Positions 59,341 through 64,000 of a stretch of 64,000 nt of DNA are shown here, piece by piece. Source of the stretch: Eledone cirrhosa (taxonomy: Eukaryota); the NCBI GenBank assembly GCA_964016885.1, contig OZ024743.1, positions 303,304,001 through 303,368,000 of the forward strand, in the 5' to 3' direction. Each line of letters begins with the position of its first letter. The stretch's first letter is position 1. The notes beneath the pieces are model-generated. The model searched no databases, was not told where the DNA came from, and saw only the letters and a list, made by a program, of their open reading frames with translations. The translations under genes and the position numbers were made by a program.

Positions 59341-60768
59341 ATATCCCTAATGTAAACATTTTTTTTAAAACCCTTTTATCAAGTAATCATTCTTATGTTC
59401 CATAGCGTAAACAGCACAAATGCTGAGATGCATACATTCGTACCTCAAACTTGTACACGTATGTAAAAATATGGGAAATGTTGTTGTAGGCTGCAGATAA
59501 AATTACCTTTTTTTTTAATTTCTGAGCAGGAGTTCATTTATGGTCACTTGGCTCTAAACAAATTATATCGATATCCAGGTAATTAATGTATACAGCCGGA
59601 TGGCTGAAACAGGTAAAAGAGTATATATTCATATTTCTGGCACCATTGTTCCGTTATCCATTGTTCAAATAATATCCCTGGCTTCTAAATAAACAAGATG
59701 AAATGAACAACGGTTCAAACATTTTATGGGAGAATAAATAGAAAATATGAAAAATCTTGTTCGAAATCGAAGTATTAAGTCTATACGTTAATGTTTATCT
59801 GAATTCTAATGAGAGAGCTATGTTCCTTTTTTTAAAAACACGCCCCGATTTCACAGGAACCACAGAAATGAACATTCCATAGATTAAGCTGTCACATTCT
59901 TCATGAACAATGTTTAATCTATCACATGTTGAAATTATGTATTTCAATTTAAACATATCAAACTCAAAGAGGGTTGTGGCATTCAGATCCAATACAGGAA
60001 TTGATAAAATACTTTGTGATATTTGGTTACTGGCACATCTTCTGTGTTACCATTCCGCGTATAGATAACATGTGAAGTTCGAAACTAGGATGGTAGTAGT
60101 TATGATGTATTTTCCCCTTTGCAACCTGTGTACAGCACCTTAGCAGTCTGAAAAATGCAGGAATGAATGTAATAAATTACCCAAATTATTTCTTTTCAAC
60201 TAAATCTCTTTGTAATGAAATATTTGTAAAATTCTCCCTTTCTGAATGAAAAAAGTTAATGAACACAAGAAAATACTATAAAAAGTACAGCGCTTTAAGT
60301 GAAATTTGTCACAAGTCTACGTCATTAACAGGCATGGATGTGATTCAAAAGTAGTTCACTCCAATAAAAATATTCTTTCTATAAAATGTGCCATAGAAAT
60401 ATATATATTGGCCACATTTACAAATTTTCACAAAAATATAGCAGCAAAATGGAACTTTCATATAATCATTTCAAATCTAACGCAAATATTATTATTTTTG
60501 ACAGCAATGAAACAAAGATCACTATTAGAAGTATAGTATATGAAAAAAAAAAAAACCCATATACAACAAGCAATATCAACATCAAAACTAAGACTATACA
60601 TTGTATGGTACAAGAGAAGGTAAAGGACTTTGAAGCATAACACACCAAAGCTGAACACATATCAGACGCATGAAACCTAAATACATAAAAGTTGACACAA
60701 ATAAAAACAACGATGTGTAGTTCAGTAGCTATGAAGAGGAAAGTAAAATGAGACATTACGTATATACA

Positions 60769-60805
<37 letters not shown>

Positions 60806-61071
60806 GGGGGGGGGGGGGGGAGAGAGAAAGAGGAATAGAGAGTGAGAGCGGAAGAGTGAGAGCAATACAGATCAAAATACATGCTAAAAGAATAACATCA
60901 TGGAAAGTACATCATAGCCATATCATTTACTGAAACTATTAAATGTACATGAATGTAACAGGCCCCCACCCCACTCCTGCTACAAAAGAAAATGGTACAA
61001 ATAAGTAAAAGTAGCAAACACAAAAACACGGTTTGGGCTGTATCTACATATATATATATACATACACACAA

Positions 61072-61108
<37 letters not shown>

Positions 61109-61187
61109 AACCCATACCATACGTACACACACGGGCACACATGCACGCACATGCAATCAGTCACCACCAGATAGTCATTGACAGACA

Positions 61188-61277
<90 letters not shown>

Positions 61278-61744
61278 AATATATATTTATCTATGGTTTT
61301 ATATATTTTTTTAAAAATATATTATCCCTTTTCGGATTTTAGTCTTCACATTTTTTATTATTACTAAATATGATTTAAATAACCTCTGTCATTTTCATTC
61401 TACTAATTTATTTACTTTATTCTGAACTCCGAAGCTGAGAATCACTCGGTTCCATAAATACAATATTAGTCTAATGACTCCATTTATAACATAAACGTGG
61501 TTTTGTGTTTGCGTGTAATTGTCCTCACCGCTCTACATAACGACGTATTATCTTCGCTTTTTTCCGTTCATTGCCAGGGAACGCCTTCACGAACCAAAGT
61601 ATCGTCTTCCTGTTGTCCTTTGATTGCAACATTTTTGAAATATTTACCTCTGCTTTCATAGATGGATTTTTTTTAATTTCAGAAGATACCGTTAAGGGTG
61701 AAAGCAACAATTATTTGGTTAAACATTAAAACTTGAATCTGTTA

Positions 61745-61781
<37 letters not shown>

Positions 61782-61907
61782 TTAAGGTAGATGTTGATGC
61801 AATTCAATTCAAGCAATTAACGTACTTCTCCACATAGGAGCGACGGAGTATATATCGAATAATAACAAGCGAAGTAGTTTCAGATGTTACAGTCCTTTAA
61901 TGATAAT

Positions 61908-61981
61908 GTTGTGATACATATTTCAATGACGACAGTGGCCACACGCTTCGGTGTACCAGTGCCGTGACATCATCAGACAGC
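61908..61981 (-). ncRNA. Putative type I hammerhead ribozyme with long stem II
   Basis: GCUGU-CUGAUGA-UGUCACGGCA...UGUCGUCAUU-GAAA-UAUGUA-UC|-ACAAC, ~130 nt upstream of a (TA)n tract. Confidence 0.55.
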
Positions 61982-62676
61982 TTCTTACATAATAAGGTTA
62001 TGTTTCCGAGGCAATCCAATTTGAATCGACAAGGGAACGGACAAAGCTTGTGTTCTTGAATCGGTCGCCCGTTCCCTTGTGAGTCCCAATTCACACCCAC
62101 CGGTCTGCGCAGGCACAAGTCCGAAGGAAGTTGACCATCAACTACCCGAAAGTTCTACGAAACCCGCCTAGGCAGGTCCCCCCTCAACCAGACAAGTCTG
62201 TAATATGACACGATTATAGCTTACTGCTAGTTGCCCTGCCAGTGGCAGTTGCCCGAAATTCTAGAGGGGGTGGGACAGTATGAGTTTCAATAGGTCCCAA
62301 TACTACCCCTAAATTATGCTTGGACAAAATAATTGACCATCACCCGCTAAGAGAATATATACTTATTTCTAGGCAGTATGGTTTCACAGAGGAAATTATG
62401 ATTGAAGATTAAAAATTTAAAAAAATTACAAGTTAAAATCTTGATTGAAGTAAGTAAAATATTTACATATAATAACTAATAAATAAAATAACTAACAAAT
62501 AAAATAACTAATATATAGGGAGATGTTTAAATTATAGTAAGAAGTTTTGAAAGGGCATCAATATTACAGATATATTATCCTTATATTGAACGATAGTACC
62601 GTACAGTAGAATGGAGGGTAAATACAGTATGAAACGTAGTACTTAGGCAAATACATAGTTATTATTTCTATCACAT

Positions 62677-62857
62677 GGCGGTGAATTGGCAGTATCGGTA
62701 GAGGGTTGGACGCCATGCTTTGTAGCATAGATACGTCCCTTTACAATCTGAGTTCAAATCCCGCCGAGGTTAACTTTGCCTTTCATCCTTACGAGGTCGA
62801 TAAAATAAAGTACCAGTAATGCACTGGCCTTGTGCCTAAAGTAGAAACAATTATTTC
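62677..62857 (+). mobile_element. tRNA-derived SINE copy
   Basis: GGCGGTGAATTGGCAGTATCGG (A box-like) and GAGTTCAAATCCC (B box); body shared with 2826-3063 and 38045-38240. Confidence 0.7.
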
Positions 62858-63224
62858 TATCACATGAAACAAAACAGAAAATACAAAATATAAAATACAA
62901 AAAAAAAATAAAAATAGATGCAAAATGAGATAGTAGATATATATGAGAAACATATACGAGGAAGGTAAACTGTATGGAAATAGTGGGATTTAGAATCCTA
63001 ACCAAAGATGTGGGTCAACTCCCATGTACGTCAATACTCATCATCTTTTTTCCATTTCTCTGAGGGTTCTAAACCCCACTATCAGGCTAACATTTCTTTA
63101 GTCAAACAAATACGGTGAAAGCTTCTATTTTCTAATTTCAAACTTGCTCGCTGTTTCAAAACATACTTACTTGTCATCATAGTTGCTAAGAATGTAGCTT
63201 TTAATTTGAATGGAAGGAGATGGG

Positions 63225-63433
63225 TGATGTTGGTATAATGGTAGCACAGTGCTCTGGATAACCAAAGTTGTGGGTTCGACTCCCATATACGTCAATACTC
63301 ATCTTTTTCCATTTCTCTGAGGGTTCTAAACCCTAATATCAGGCTAAAATATCTTTAGTAAAAAAAAATACGGTGAAAGCTTCTATTTTCTAATTTCAAA
63401 CTTGCTCACTGTTTCAAAACATACTTACTTGTC

Positions 63434-63435
<2 letters not shown>
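63225..63435 (+). mobile_element. tRNA-like head plus tail (SINE-like), partly duplicated at ~63000-63177
   Basis: TGGTATAATGGTAGC (A box) and GTGGGTTCGACTCCCAT (T-arm/B box), but the anticodon arm does not pair; a ~177-bp direct duplicate lies upstream. Confidence 0.55.
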
Positions 63436-63501
<66 letters not shown>

Positions 63502-64000
63502 TGGGACATAACAAAATGTCTAGATGCAAAAAAGGGAAAAGTTATGTTATTCGGCGAATTACGCATGTATAGATGAAAATATATCACAAGTGCGCCAAAA
63601 GACAAAGAAGAGCGAGAAGGGTGCGCGAAGGCTTAGCCGAACGAGGAAATTAGGGAAAGAAGAGAATTAGAGAAACATAATACTATGGTGCAGTCTAACG
63701 TGAATCACAATGAAGCGTAGAAAAAGTAAGAAAGGGGAATAGGGAGAGACAGCGTGGCTGGTGTGACGTCTATTATATGATTAGTTTAATGTGTATATAT
63801 GTTCGTGCAGTCAGTTAAATGCACATGTGCAATGTATTCTCTGCCAGAGACTAATTCTATACATTGTAAGCTAAACCGGTATGAGATTATATACAATTTC
63901 CTCGGCAAACGAGTGAAAATTGAGAAGGTTTTACTCATATCACATCAAGGAACGAATAAAAGGGAGGGTTTTTTACGCGAACATTATCTATAAGCACTTT

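Noticed and set aside
59795-59992. Possible host exon (65-aa ORF)
   Set aside because: There is an in-frame stop shortly upstream, no recognisable domain and no convincing splice context.
63225-63294. Functional tRNA gene
   Set aside because: A and B boxes are present, but the anticodon stem and acceptor stem do not pair properly; treated as a SINE-like head.

Overview
AT-rich, microsatellite-dense animal DNA. The SINE and microsatellite content suggests a cephalopod such as octopus, but this is inference. I found no convincing host exon; the window is almost entirely retroelement-derived. The dominant structure is a frameshifted Penelope-like element (PLE; RT + GIY-YIG, minus strand, ORF 20729-24171) with an inverted copy of its 3' end (24306-26294). 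A 13.2-kb array of a near-identical 310-bp unit (7299-20497) sits in a (TA)n tract of its 3' UTR. Each unit carries an intact type I hammerhead ribozyme (HHR), 42 complete copies by my count. The array is itself a fold-back: two divergent arms join within 4 nt of the predicted cleavage site. At least four other insertions share this architecture (inverted arms, 3' ends outward, mostly anchored in (TA)n, HHR or HHR-like motif inside), and one has a circularly permuted unit. The PLE's own pseudo-LTR HHR has a compensatory U3-A8 core. Together this suggests a (TA)n-targeting PLE/retrozyme system that integrates ribozyme-processed, probably circular, RNAs by two-ended rolling-circle reverse transcription (hypothesis). 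Also present: two tandem decayed Tx1/L1-clade LINEs, two other PLE 3' remnants, R4/Dong-like LINE relics and several SINEs.
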